A stretch of DNA of 26,986 nt from Pyrobaculum sp. (GTDB lineage Archaea > Thermoproteota > Thermoprotei > Thermoproteales > Thermoproteaceae). The notes below the pieces were generated by a model. That model searched no databases, was not told the origin of the DNA, and was given only the letters and a program-made list of their open reading frames with translations. This document shows, piece after piece, positions 18,490 through 26,986 of the stretch. The stretch is from the NCBI GenBank assembly GCA_046293555.1, contig JBKBOT010000001.1, positions 44,185 through 71,170 on the forward strand, read 5' to 3'. A program made the translations under genes and the position numbers. Each line of letters begins with the position of its first letter. Position 1 is the first letter of the stretch.

Positions 18490-19479
18490 ATGTTGGTAGT
18501 GGTAATTGGCACTACAGACATCTCGTTAATCCCCGGCATAAGTGCCGCCGGCGCCACTCCAGAGCTAACGCATTACACCCCAGCCCTAGATGTGGAGTAT
18601 CTCCTCACGGGCAGCCCCAAGACTCTCGACGTGATCCCCATGACGCCTCAAGGCATACCCACGCCTGCCTTAGTCACTCGGGCTCTCACAGAAGAGATAC
18701 CTAAGCTCATAGTTGACGCAGGCTCTAGGGTAATGCCTAAAGTGCCCTATATAGAGCTTGGGGGGAGCCCAGGGGGCGACTTTAGGAAAGGCCCTGCGTT
18801 AAGTTGTGACACAGTAGACAACATAACAGAGAGGGGGATCTCGTTAGGCCGCCAGTTGGGCAAACTGGGCGTGATCTATATCGGCGAGTCTATACCTGGG
18901 GGCACCACTACAGCCATGGCTATATTAATCGCTTTGGGCTATGACGCCTGGGGGAAAACCAGTTCGTCATCGCCGGAAAACCCAGTGGAGTTAAAAGTCA
19001 AAGTGGTCAAAGAGGGGCTGGCGAGAGCTGGCGGCAGTTTTAAAACGCCGCGCGAGGCTGTGTGTCAACTCGGCGACCCCGTCCACCTGGCGGTAGCCAC
19101 AGTGGCGTTAGGGGTAGTGAAGGCCGGCGGCGTGGCCGTACTAGCTGGCGGCACCCAGATGGCTGCTTCCGCCGCATTATATAAGGCCCTTGGTGGAGAT
19201 CTGGAGAGGTTACATGTGGCCACCACGAGGTGGATTGCCGAAGACCGGCAGTCAGATTTCTTCGGCCTTATGAGCCAAGTGGGGGTAAGAAACCTACATG
19301 TGGCCACAGCCTCTTTTAGAAACTCCCGCTTTGAGGGGCTTCGGGCTTATGAAATAGGTGTAGTGAAGGAGGGAGTCGCCATGGGCGGCGCCTTGTTTTA
19401 CACACAGTTGAGACAGGTGGACCCACTGCCTCTAGTGGAGAGAGAATATGAAAGGCTATGGAGGTTATTAAAGAGGTAG
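18490..19479 (+). CDS. cobT: Archaeal-type nicotinate-nucleotide:base phosphoribosyltransferase
   Basis: IPGISAAGA, TPA, GESIPGGTTTA, SSS, GDP, LAGGTQM and YEIGVVKEGVAMGG motifs. Start moved to ATG 18490. Confidence 0.88.
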   Translation: MLVVVIGTTDISLIPGISAAGATPELTHYTPALDVEYLLTGSPKTLDVIPMTPQGIPTPALVTRALTEEIPKLIVDAGSRVMPKVPYIELGGSPGGDFRKGPALSCDTVDNITERGISLGRQLGKLGVIYIGESIPGGTTTAMAILIALGYDAWGKTSSSSPENPVELKVKVVKEGLARAGGSFKTPREAVCQLGDPVHLAVATVALGVVKAGGVAVLAGGTQMAASAALYKALGGDLERLHVATTRWIAEDRQSDFFGLMSQVGVRNLHVATASFRNSRFEGLRAYEIGVVKEGVAMGGALFYTQLRQVDPLPLVEREYERLWRLLKR

Positions 19480-20453
19480 TTCTGTGGAGGCTAGGCGGGC
19501 GGTATAGAGTAGCCGCCACGCTCCCCACGCCAGAAGTTATAGAGCAGGTAATTTTCGCCAGGGTGGATAGAGACTTCTCTGGCGACTATCTCGAAACTGC
19601 TGAAAAACTCAGAGAGAAATATGGCCACCACACTGCGGTGTTTCTTACAGCTGCGGATTTAGACAGGGCGTTTGACATTGTGGTAGAAGACGGCATGAAG
19701 CTGGGAGCTACTGTGGCCATGTCGCCGACGTCTTGTATAGGCACTATAAACCTGGCGCTTTTTGTAGACATGCCGTTGTCACAATGGGGCCTTTTAGACC
19801 TTTTGAGAACGGTAGTGGAGGCCAAGTGCATAACGGCGGTGAATAGATTGTTGCGATGTGGCGGCAAGAGGAGTCCCGGCACTGTGACAGACGCCGTAGT
19901 TGTGGGGACGACGGCAGACCTTGAAGAGTTGCATCACTTCGCCGGCCCGGCCACGGAGGTGGGGACACGAGCTGCGTCGCTTGTAAAAAACCTTTTGTCC
20001 AGACTAGACAGACACGACCTCTTCGAGAGGGCTCTGGGTGTGAGTAAGTCGGAGTTTTTAGACATATTCAGCCGCCTTGTTGAAGAAGCCCCGCTGCCGG
20101 TCAGGAGGGAGGACGTCTTAGAGGAGCTGGAACGTGTTCTAAAAGACCCCAACGTGTGGGCGTTAGTTATAGCTGCGTCTGAGCTAGACGCAATTGCCTC
20201 AGAGGGGGGCGTGCCGGGCCTCTCTGTTGATGAATACCTAAAAGACAGCATGAGAGTTGTGGCCGACGAGCTCTTAGGGGCGGCTTTAGCTGATTACCTG
20301 GGTGGATTTAACGCGGTGTTAACTACCTACTGGATAGAGAGGGTGAAGAAAAGAGGCGGCTTTAGAGAATTGGCGATGTTTTCAGACGACATACTTTCCG
20401 CACTGCTGGCTGGCGTCTACCTATCTCTATATAAAAGATACGTTCAGACATGA
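19458..20453 (+). CDS. cbiS: Fused adenosylcobinamide amidohydrolase (CbiZ) and alpha-ribazole phosphatase (CobZ), CbiS-type
   Basis: N-half has FLTAA, GTIN, EAK and PGTVTDAVVV (CbiZ). C-half has DPNV..L..AA, VADELLG, YLGG and FSDD (CobZ). Confidence 0.8.
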   Translation: MEVIKEVVLWRLGGRYRVAATLPTPEVIEQVIFARVDRDFSGDYLETAEKLREKYGHHTAVFLTAADLDRAFDIVVEDGMKLGATVAMSPTSCIGTINLALFVDMPLSQWGLLDLLRTVVEAKCITAVNRLLRCGGKRSPGTVTDAVVVGTTADLEELHHFAGPATEVGTRAASLVKNLLSRLDRHDLFERALGVSKSEFLDIFSRLVEEAPLPVRREDVLEELERVLKDPNVWALVIAASELDAIASEGGVPGLSVDEYLKDSMRVVADELLGAALADYLGGFNAVLTTYWIERVKKRGGFRELAMFSDDILSALLAGVYLSLYKRYVQT

Positions 20454-20905
20454 GGCTTGCCTTCTACGGAGGGGGCAAGGGGAAGACTTCTGCAGCTCTT
20501 GGAATAGCCCTACGTGCGTGGGGACACGACATGAGGGTACTATACGCCGGCGTTTTGAAAACGCCAATCTACATGGGCGAAGAGGTGGGGGAATATAGGG
20601 CAATGAGGAGAATGGGTATAGACACCATATATCTGTCCGAGTTTAAGAAACCACAGGCAATTTTGGAATACGTGATTTCAAACGCGGAGAAATACGACGT
20701 GATAATACTTGACGAACTTCTATACGCCGTGAGGCAGGGGTTCATAAACCCACGACATGTGGACATAGGTGTGAAAACCCACATAGTGGTGACTGGGAAC
20801 TACTGGATAGATGAATTTATAAACTATTTCGACCTGGCGACGCGACTAGACAACATAAAGCATTACTACGCCACTCGTGTTGCAATCCGTGGGCTAGATT
20901 GGTGA
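20450..20905 (+). CDS. cobA: Cob(I)alamin adenosyltransferase, CobA/BtuR type
   Basis: YGGGKGKTSAALGIALRAWGH P-loop, YDVIILDE, VVTG and KHYY...GLDW motifs. Confidence 0.88.
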   Translation: MRLAFYGGGKGKTSAALGIALRAWGHDMRVLYAGVLKTPIYMGEEVGEYRAMRRMGIDTIYLSEFKKPQAILEYVISNAEKYDVIILDELLYAVRQGFINPRHVDIGVKTHIVVTGNYWIDEFINYFDLATRLDNIKHYYATRVAIRGLDW

Positions 20906-21448
20906 TTTTTCCACAATTGTTTTGAGGTGTGCCAACGGCGCTCTAGATGTCTAGAATTTATCCCCGCGGCGCCTCAGGCCTCCGCCTTCAAAAATGCCGC
21001 TTGCCACAACGCCAGGCGGCAACGAGTGGGGAATATATGCCCAAATACTTTCCCAATGGGTTCTAAACCCTCCACAACAGACATGTGGCACCACTCTGGG
21101 GGGCTCGTCGGAAGCTGGAAGCCTCTGCCCACTGTCGCCAAGGCCGTGGGAGAGGTGTATAGCCCCCTGTTGATGGACCCACGGGGGCGCCTAGAGAGAA
21201 AAGGCGGTTCCTGAAGGCCGATAACCGGCGTAACCACTACGGCCGCCTCGCCACGATCTTCCCAACCCCGTGGCCTCCGGCAGCCGGCATTTCTGCCAGT
21301 CTTACGTACGCCTCCAGTCCTACTATAGAGTCCTTGACGTTTTTCCCATCTGGGAAGTCGTAAGTTTCACCAGGCCTGCGGAGGCCGTGGGTTCTACAAA
21401 CTCGTGAAACTCCAGGCCTATCAACGCCATTCGGCTTTTAGCAAAGTC

Positions 21449-21466
21449 CGCCGCCACTAGGCGGCG
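21449..21466 (-). terminator. GC-rich hairpin directly after the DUF504 stop (possible terminator or RNA stability element)
   Basis: CGCCGCC-ACTA-GGCGGCG: 7-bp stem with a 4-nt loop adjoining the stop at 21467. The role is inferred. Confidence 0.3.
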
Positions 21467-21715
21467 TCACCGCCGCTTTCTTCTATCGAGTATCACCTCG
21501 CCTGTGTCTAGCCGTATTTCTACTATCCTGTGGTATGGCACATATCTCTCGCCGTGTGTAGTCGCTATCACGACCCCGTCTGGGCCTATCTCTAGAAGCG
21601 CCTCTGTTGAGGCCATTTCCTCTCCGCTGGCGGAGCCCCTGTTTATGTACCAGAAGTGGCCCTTCTGGCCTGTCCACTTCAGCTTGTTAAATATCTGACG
21701 TATGGGATTTCCCAC
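21467..21715 (-). CDS. DUF504 / MJ1316-family putative RNA-binding protein
   Basis: IRQIFNKLKW, YINRG and VPYHRIVEI...DRR motifs. Confidence 0.85.
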   Translation of the reverse strand: MGNPIRQIFNKLKWTGQKGHFWYINRGSASGEEMASTEALLEIGPDGVVIATTHGERYVPYHRIVEIRLDTGEVILDRRKRR

Positions 21716-21763
21716 TAACGTATAATATCTATTTATTTTTTATGGAGGGGCGGGGGATGTGTT

Positions 21764-21838
21764 ATGGATCCCAGGGGGAACGTCTGGGTTAAGATCTTGA
21801 AGAAGAAAGAGAAGCCCTACGTTGTGGAGTACTACTAA
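21764..21838 (+). CDS. Candidate 24-aa small ORF (MDPRGNVWVKILKKKEKPYVVEYY)
   Basis: Manual translation. G-rich SD-like run just upstream and a TATA-like TATAATAT at 21721-21728. Below the ORF-track length cut-off. Confidence 0.35.
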   Translation: MDPRGNVWVKILKKKEKPYVVEYY

Positions 21839-21863
21839 TTTATTTACTATAGTTTTTTGACAT

Positions 21864-23012
21864 ATGGCCAGGATTGCCCGGTATTATAGAGAATATGGCG
21901 TCAGAATTGTGGGGGGGTTTATGCAATATGTCTGGGACGACGCCGGGAGGAGATATGTGGACTGTAACACTAACCACGGCGTGGTGTTCTTAGGGCATGC
22001 CAACCCCAAGATTGTTGAGACTGTAAAAAGACAGCTGGAAGAGATCTGGGCGGTTCCCCTCAATTTCTCCACGCCGGCGCGGGAGAGATTCATACAGGAG
22101 TTCTCTAGGCTTCTGCCCTCTAAGTTTGGCGTGGTTTTCCTCCAGAACACCGGCACAGAGGCTGTGGAAGTCGCCATAAAGATAGCCAAGAAGCTCACCA
22201 GGAGGCCTGTAGTTGTGGGGTTTACCAATAGCTTCCACGGGAGGACCATGGCCTCCCTCTCTATTACCTGGAATGAGAAATATAGAAGGGCCTTTGAGCC
22301 GCTTTACCCCCACGTCAGGTTTGGGAAATTTAACGTGGTGGCTGAGGTGGAAAAGGTGGTAAAAGAAGACACCTGCTGCGTGGTGGTAGAGCCCATCCAG
22401 GGGGAGGGGGGCGTAAATCCAGCCACGCCGGAGTTCCTAAAGGCGCTTAGAGAAGAGACCCAGCGTAGAGGTGCCCTACTGATAATTGACGAGATACAGA
22501 CAGGTTTTGGCAGAACTGGCGCCGTGTGGGCTTTCCAGAAATATGGCGTGGAGCCAGACATATTTACCGCCGGGAAGCCTGTAGCCGGCGGGCTCCCCAT
22601 AGGGCTGGCGGTAGCCAGAGAGGAATATGGCGACGTCTTTGAGCCTGGGGAACACGGCTCCACCTTTGCTGGAAACGCTGTGGTTATGGCGGCGGCGGCG
22701 GCGGGATCTAGGCTACTTCTAGAGGAGGACGTCCCCACAAAGGCCGAGCGTATTGGCGGAGAGCTGGCAAAGGCCCTGTCTGAAGTGAGGTCTAGACTGG
22801 CGGTGAGAGTAAAGGGGGCCGGCCTCATGTTAGGACTGGAGCTTAGGGTTAAGGCTGATCAGTTCCTACAGCCTTTACTCCAGAGGGGGGTCTTGGCCCT
22901 AACCGCCGGGGTGAACACACTGCGTTTTCTCCCGCCGTATGTGATCACTAGAGAAGACGTGGAGACGGTGGCTGCGGCTGTGGGGGAGGTTTTAAAGACG
23001 TCAACGGAGTGA
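21864..23012 (+). CDS. lysJ: [LysW]-aminoadipate semialdehyde / acetylornithine aminotransferase (class III PLP)
   Basis: LGHANP, NTGTEAVE, SFHGRT, VEPIQGEGG, DEIQTGFGRTG, AGKPVAGG and HGSTFAGN motifs. Confidence 0.85.
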   Translation: MARIARYYREYGVRIVGGFMQYVWDDAGRRYVDCNTNHGVVFLGHANPKIVETVKRQLEEIWAVPLNFSTPARERFIQEFSRLLPSKFGVVFLQNTGTEAVEVAIKIAKKLTRRPVVVGFTNSFHGRTMASLSITWNEKYRRAFEPLYPHVRFGKFNVVAEVEKVVKEDTCCVVVEPIQGEGGVNPATPEFLKALREETQRRGALLIIDEIQTGFGRTGAVWAFQKYGVEPDIFTAGKPVAGGLPIGLAVAREEYGDVFEPGEHGSTFAGNAVVMAAAAAGSRLLLEEDVPTKAERIGGELAKALSEVRSRLAVRVKGAGLMLGLELRVKADQFLQPLLQRGVLALTAGVNTLRFLPPYVITREDVETVAAAVGEVLKTSTE

Positions 23013-23456
23013 CGGCGCCATTTTTTTCAGAAATATTGAAATCACGACGAAGTCAGCCAAGATGAATATATGCATTGCGGTACAGTATATACACACGGCC
23101 TTTAGCACCGCCAGCTCTATATATATTAAATACGGCAGGAGGGCCACCCCCAGCAGGCGCCACCAGTAGATAAACCTTGCGACAACCTTCTTGAGGCTTT
23201 TGTAAAGCCACAACGCCGCGGCTATGTTTACTACAAACCAGCCGGCGGCAGCCAGGTCTAGCGGTATGGGGCCCAGGTGGGCGTATTGACTTGTGAGGAC
23301 TTTTACACATTCCGCAGTGACGCCGGGGAGGATCTCCAAATCTAAATAACAGCCGGGGGGCAGCTGGCCCAGCACGTAGAAGAGATAGGCCACTAGAATC
23401 GCCGACGTGAGTCCCCCCAGGGAGAAGGTAACCAACAGGGGAAGCCAGAGGTTCAT
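23001..23456 (-). CDS. Vitamin K epoxide reductase (VKOR) family membrane oxidoreductase
   Basis: Loop Cys pair (GC...ECVKVLTSQYA) and a CIYC redox motif, with about four transmembrane segments. Start at ATG 23456 is favoured by a TATA at 23473-23480. ATG 23474 is the alternative. Confidence 0.88.
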   Translation of the reverse strand: MNLWLPLLVTFSLGGLTSAILVAYLFYVLGQLPPGCYLDLEILPGVTAECVKVLTSQYAHLGPIPLDLAAAGWFVVNIAAALWLYKSLKKVVARFIYWWRLLGVALLPYLIYIELAVLKAVCIYCTAMHIFILADFVVISIFLKKMAPSLR

Positions 23457-23480
23457 AATAAAAACTACCCCCATATATAT

Positions 23481-24275
23481 GTGAGAATATATGAAATTAG
23501 GGTGAAGAGAGCTCTCTCTCCCTCAAGCCTCCCCGAATATCAATACTCCCTTAACCCCTATGTGGGCTGTCTTCACGGCTGTCGGTACTGCTACGCGATA
23601 GACTTCACGGGCGGTCCCCCGGCGGCTGCCTGGGGCGATATTGTATACGTCAAGATAAATCTACTAGAGGTGCTCAGAAAAGAGGTGGGGAGGCTCAAGC
23701 CGGGGGTGGTGGGGCTTTCCACACTTACAGATCCCTACATGCCCCCAGAGGCCAGATATGGGCTTGCCAGGGGGTCGTTGTCCATACTGGCGGAGGCCGG
23801 CTTTAAGATCTCTATACAGACTAAATCGGGGCTGGTGGTACGAGATCTAGACCTCTTTTTGAGGTATAGAGAGGCGATAGACGTGGGGGTTACCATCACC
23901 ACGTTAAAAGATAAGGCCAGGCTGTTGGAGCCACTAGCCGCACACCCCCTCGCCAGGGCTAGAGCGGTGAGAAAACTGGCGGCAGCTGGGGTTAAGACCT
24001 GGATATTTCTCGGCCCTGTGGTCCCAGGGTTTAACGACGGGGTGGATGACATTGAGGAGGTGGTGAGGCTTGCCCACGAAGCCGGCGTGGAGTTGATATA
24101 TGACAGATATAGGCCAAAGCCGCGGGCTGGGGAGATGTTAAGAAAAAGCTTGGGGGAGGTGAAACCCACGCCCCTCTGGTGGGCTAAGATAAGGCGGCTG
24201 GTGGAAGAGCTATGTGGCAAATATGGCGTCGTCTGTATGGACATGGAGAGGGAGTGGTCGGCAGGCCGCATTTAG
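23481..24275 (+). CDS. Radical SAM protein, SplB-like family
   Basis: LNPYVGCLHGCRYCYA (CX3CX2C), STLTDPYMPPE, IQTKS.LV.RDLD, LLEP and GPVVPGFND motifs. Confidence 0.88.
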   Translation: MRIYEIRVKRALSPSSLPEYQYSLNPYVGCLHGCRYCYAIDFTGGPPAAAWGDIVYVKINLLEVLRKEVGRLKPGVVGLSTLTDPYMPPEARYGLARGSLSILAEAGFKISIQTKSGLVVRDLDLFLRYREAIDVGVTITTLKDKARLLEPLAAHPLARARAVRKLAAAGVKTWIFLGPVVPGFNDGVDDIEEVVRLAHEAGVELIYDRYRPKPRAGEMLRKSLGEVKPTPLWWAKIRRLVEELCGKYGVVCMDMEREWSAGRI

Positions 24276-24322
24276 GGCGGTTTTTACCTGACGCGTATAT
24301 ATATCTCTAAGAGACATGGCAC

Positions 24323-24511
24323 ATGTTTTATGTATATATCAACGGGAGGAAAAAAAGGGTTTTAGTTACCACACGCCGTGTGGTAGACAGGGAGTGGAGA
24401 CTTGTGGCGGCTTACAGATGGCGTGTTGTAGCCATGACACAAGGCCGTAGGATTGCAGATAGGAGAGATTACATCTTGGAGTGGGCTTTTTATAGCCGCG
24501 TAGAGAATTGA
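24323..24511 (+). CDS. Small basic hypothetical protein
   Basis: 62-aa Arg-rich ORF with a TATATATAT box about 20-28 nt upstream. It fills the intergenic gap. Confidence 0.6.
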   Translation: MFYVYINGRKKRVLVTTRRVVDREWRLVAAYRWRVVAMTQGRRIADRRDYILEWAFYSRVEN

Positions 24512-24603
24512 GATAAGTCTAAATTTTCCTCTGGACATATTTTTTACAGTCGCCGAGTTTTTAGCCTCGGGAAATTTTAAATCTGGCAGTCGGCTTTCTA
24601 TAC

Positions 24604-25731
24604 GTGCGGCTACTTAGACTACTGGGGCCCGCCACCATAGTCTCCGTGGCTTATATAGACCCGGGGAACTTTGGGGCAAATATCGAGGCTGGGAGGAGTT
24701 ATGGACTTGACTTACTTTGGGTGGTGTTACTCAGCGGGCTTCTGGCCATCATAATTCAGTACGTCTCTGGCGCAGTGGGCGTAGTTAGGGGAGTTGGGCT
24801 TTTTGACCTCTTGTCTAGACACAAGAGGTGGTTTACCCCAGTGACTGTGGCTATAGTCCTCGCCACAGATATGGCTGAGTTCATGGGGGTAATTATAGGG
24901 CTCCACCTCCTGTTTGGCCTCCCCCTAGAGATAGCTGCCGCCGTGGGGTTTATAGACGTGTTTATATTAGCCATGTTGGCAGATAGGAGGGAGCTATTTG
25001 CAAAACTTATCGGCACGATGGTGGTAATGGTGGCGTTTAGCTTCCTGATAGAGCTATACCTCATCGGGCCCAGCTGGCATGAAGTACTTACTTCCGTCTT
25101 TACGCCCACCCTGTCAGCCGACATGGCGTTAGTGGCTGCCGCGATCGTGGGGGCCACCATTATGCCCCACGCCGTGTTGTTACATAGCCACATCGCGGTG
25201 GGGCAGAAAAGAGGTGACCACATGTATCAAACTGTGGCCAACCTACTGGGCGTGGCGTTTATAAATGCCGCCATTCTAATCGCCAGCGCCTACGTTCTAC
25301 ATGGCAGAGAGGTAGATATTTTAGACATACCACAGGTCTTAGAGCCGCTTTATGGCCCCCTCTCGGCGCTGTTGTTCTCCCTGGCTTTACTTCTCTCCGG
25401 CCTCTCCTCTTCCGCCGTTTCTGTAGAGGTGGGGGTACTTGCCGCCCGGTATATATTTGGCAAAAACGTGCAGCCCTGGAGGGCTAGGTTGATGGCAAGA
25501 GCTGTCAACATAGCCCCCGCGGTGTTAGCTGTGGGAGCTATGGGCATCTCGCCCATAGCGGTGCTGGTGTACACACAGGCGGCGCTCGCCCTAACGCTCC
25601 CAGTGGTGTTAGGCGCCCTGTGGTATTTCTCCCGTGGTGTGGTAAACAGGGGCCTTTCCGGCGTGGTTGCCATCTCCGCTGTGTACACAGCGGCTCTAGT
25701 CGTCATGGTGGGACTGGGGCCACACGCCTAG
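24604..25731 (+). CDS. mntH: Nramp-family divalent metal (Mn2+/Fe2+) transporter
   Basis: AYIDPGNF, ATDMAEF and GATIMPH motifs in a polytopic membrane protein. Confidence 0.93.
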   Translation: MRLLRLLGPATIVSVAYIDPGNFGANIEAGRSYGLDLLWVVLLSGLLAIIIQYVSGAVGVVRGVGLFDLLSRHKRWFTPVTVAIVLATDMAEFMGVIIGLHLLFGLPLEIAAAVGFIDVFILAMLADRRELFAKLIGTMVVMVAFSFLIELYLIGPSWHEVLTSVFTPTLSADMALVAAAIVGATIMPHAVLLHSHIAVGQKRGDHMYQTVANLLGVAFINAAILIASAYVLHGREVDILDIPQVLEPLYGPLSALLFSLALLLSGLSSSAVSVEVGVLAARYIFGKNVQPWRARLMARAVNIAPAVLAVGAMGISPIAVLVYTQAALALTLPVVLGALWYFSRGVVNRGLSGVVAISAVYTAALVVMVGLGPHA

Positions 25732-25783
25732 CTGGCTGCCTCAAGCATCTCGGCTAAACTTTAATATATGCGGCCATGGTGCC

Positions 25784-26200
25784 GTGATGGGAGGACACGA
25801 GGTGGTGAGATACCGCGCAGAGCACTACCTCGAGGCTATATACCAGCTTGGTCCCAACGCCACGTTAAGCAAAATCGCCAAGACTCTTGGCGTAAGGCCT
25901 AGCACCGCCCGTAAGATGATATTTTATCTACAGGAACTGGGGCTTGTTAAATACGGCGGCCGGAAGGGCGTCTTTCTCACAGACGAGGGGATGAGACGTG
26001 TGGAAAGTCTAAACTATGTACATAAAACTCTGGCGCAGTTTTTTAAAGCCATTGGGGTAGAGGAAAAAATTGCGGAGACAGAAGCCGAGAAGTTAGAACA
26101 TCTGATAGACAGACGGGTTGTGGAAAGAATTGAACACGTCACAAATCTTGTAAAGGCGCTCGCCAGTTTTTGCAGCTTAAAACAGCCCGAACGCCTTTAG
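25784..26200 (+). CDS. mntR: DtxR/MntR-family metal-dependent repressor
   Basis: [28 protein letters not shown]...FF and AEKLEH motifs. Adjacent to mntH. Confidence 0.88.
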   Translation: MMGGHEVVRYRAEHYLEAIYQLGPNATLSKIAKTLGVRPSTARKMIFYLQELGLVKYGGRKGVFLTDEGMRRVESLNYVHKTLAQFFKAIGVEEKIAETEAEKLEHLIDRRVVERIEHVTNLVKALASFCSLKQPERL

Positions 26201-26782
26201 TAACTTCTTGACTTTCCCCATGTCTTTTACCCCCGGGCTTTTCTCCACGCCGCTTGAGACATCTACCATATAGGGATTTAGCGAGGCTACTAGATGTGCG
26301 TTATCTGGCGTAATGCCGCCAGCTATCGCCACCCTCCCCAAGCTCACCACCTGCCGTAGCTGGGCGAGAGGTATCTTAAGCCCCCCATCGTAGGTGGCGT
26401 AATCCCTCTTGTCTGCATCCACCAAGACATACTCGTGGGGAGTTTTGAGAAGTCTCTCAACTCTCTCCACAAGCGACACGCCCGGGGCATACACAGCCAC
26501 AGGGGCTATGGCAACCGGCGCCTCTAGGGGCGGCAGCTCTCTGTGGTGTTGTACCACAGGTATGTCTATCCCCACGGCTATCTCAATAGCCCTCTCTATG
26601 GCTATAGACGCCGTGACTAACGCCGGTTTGCTATATCTCACAAGCTTCCTGAGCTCTCTCAGCCTGGATAGCTCCACAGAGCGGGGGCTGGAGGGGTCGT
26701 GAACAAAGCCTATATAATCCACAAGGCCGTCTAGCGTAGTTACGTCTTCTGGTCGCGTCACTCCGCAGATCTTTATCCTCAT
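26177..26782 (-). CDS. trpF: Phosphoribosylanthranilate isomerase
   Basis: [20 protein letters not shown] and [15 protein letters not shown] motifs. Confidence 0.95.
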   Translation of the reverse strand: MRIKICGVTRPEDVTTLDGLVDYIGFVHDPSSPRSVELSRLRELRKLVRYSKPALVTASIAIERAIEIAVGIDIPVVQHHRELPPLEAPVAIAPVAVYAPGVSLVERVERLLKTPHEYVLVDADKRDYATYDGGLKIPLAQLRQVVSLGRVAIAGGITPDNAHLVASLNPYMVDVSSGVEKSPGVKDMGKVKKLLKAFGLF

Positions 26783-26831
26783 GGGGGAGATTTGTTTTAT
26801 ATATTGAAGTTTTTGTCCTCATGGCCTCGGG

Positions 26832-26986
26832 GTGGTGAACTACTGGTATAACATCGCCGCGGATCTCCCCACGCCGCTCCCCCCACCCAGAGATCCAGAT
26901 GAGGGAGACAGCCGGGTGGCCCTACTCATGAAGATACTGCCCAGCGGCTTGATTGACCAAGAGTTTACCGCAGAGCGGTGGGTGTC
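26832..26986 (+). CDS. trpB: Tryptophan synthase beta chain, TrpB2 type (3'-truncated)
   Basis: Manual translation from GTG 26832: MVNYWYNIAADLPTPLPPPRDPDE...ILPSGLIDQEFTAERWV, the TrpB2 N-terminal signature. Divergent from trpF. Not in the ORF track. Confidence 0.88.
   Translation, partial: MVNYWYNIAADLPTPLPPPRDPDEGDSRVALLMKILPSGLIDQEFTAERWV

Noticed and set aside
20228-20293. TGATGA...CTGA as a C/D box sRNA
   Set aside because: It lies inside the cbiS coding sequence, lacks convincing internal C'/D' boxes, and is expected by chance.
20927-21237. ORFs 20927-21214 (+) and 20974-21237 (-) as real genes
   Set aside because: They overlap each other, have atypical composition and no motif, so I left the region as unexplained.
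1-26986. tRNA, rRNA, CRISPR array or IS element
   Set aside because: By eye I saw no cloverleaf, rRNA-like stretch, spaced repeats or transposase motifs. A covariance-model scan would be needed to exclude small RNAs.

Overview
Gene-dense archaeal chromosome segment. Protein types and TATA boxes about 20-28 nt upstream of start codons (leaderless style) point to Thermoproteales, most likely Pyrobaculum (inference). It is mostly housekeeping and cofactor metabolism: QueF-like archaeosine synthase, a KaiC-like ATPase, pyrC, EF-2, pdxS/pdxT, two cobamide salvage blocks (Dph6/DUF71-like, cobD, cobS; and cbiB divergent from an AsnB-like gene, cobT, a cbiZ-cobZ fusion and cobA), thiC, purE/purK, DUF504, lysJ/argD, VKOR, an SplB-like radical SAM, mntH/mntR, trpF and the start of trpB2. 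The most notable items are: (1) a four-gene Zn-knuckle / Roadblock / Roadblock / V4R cassette between purE and purK, with a KaiC-like ATPase and an RHH-V4R-like gene elsewhere in the window; (2) an AT-rich islet holding an MFS transporter and a frameshifted transglutaminase-like Cys-His-Asp gene missed by the ORF track; (3) two glutaminase-less PP-loop enzymes heading the cobamide operons; (4) a Lys-rich 24-aa ORF just upstream of lysJ. I saw no rRNA, tRNA, CRISPR array or intact mobile element. All family assignments come from motif recognition by eye, not from database searches.
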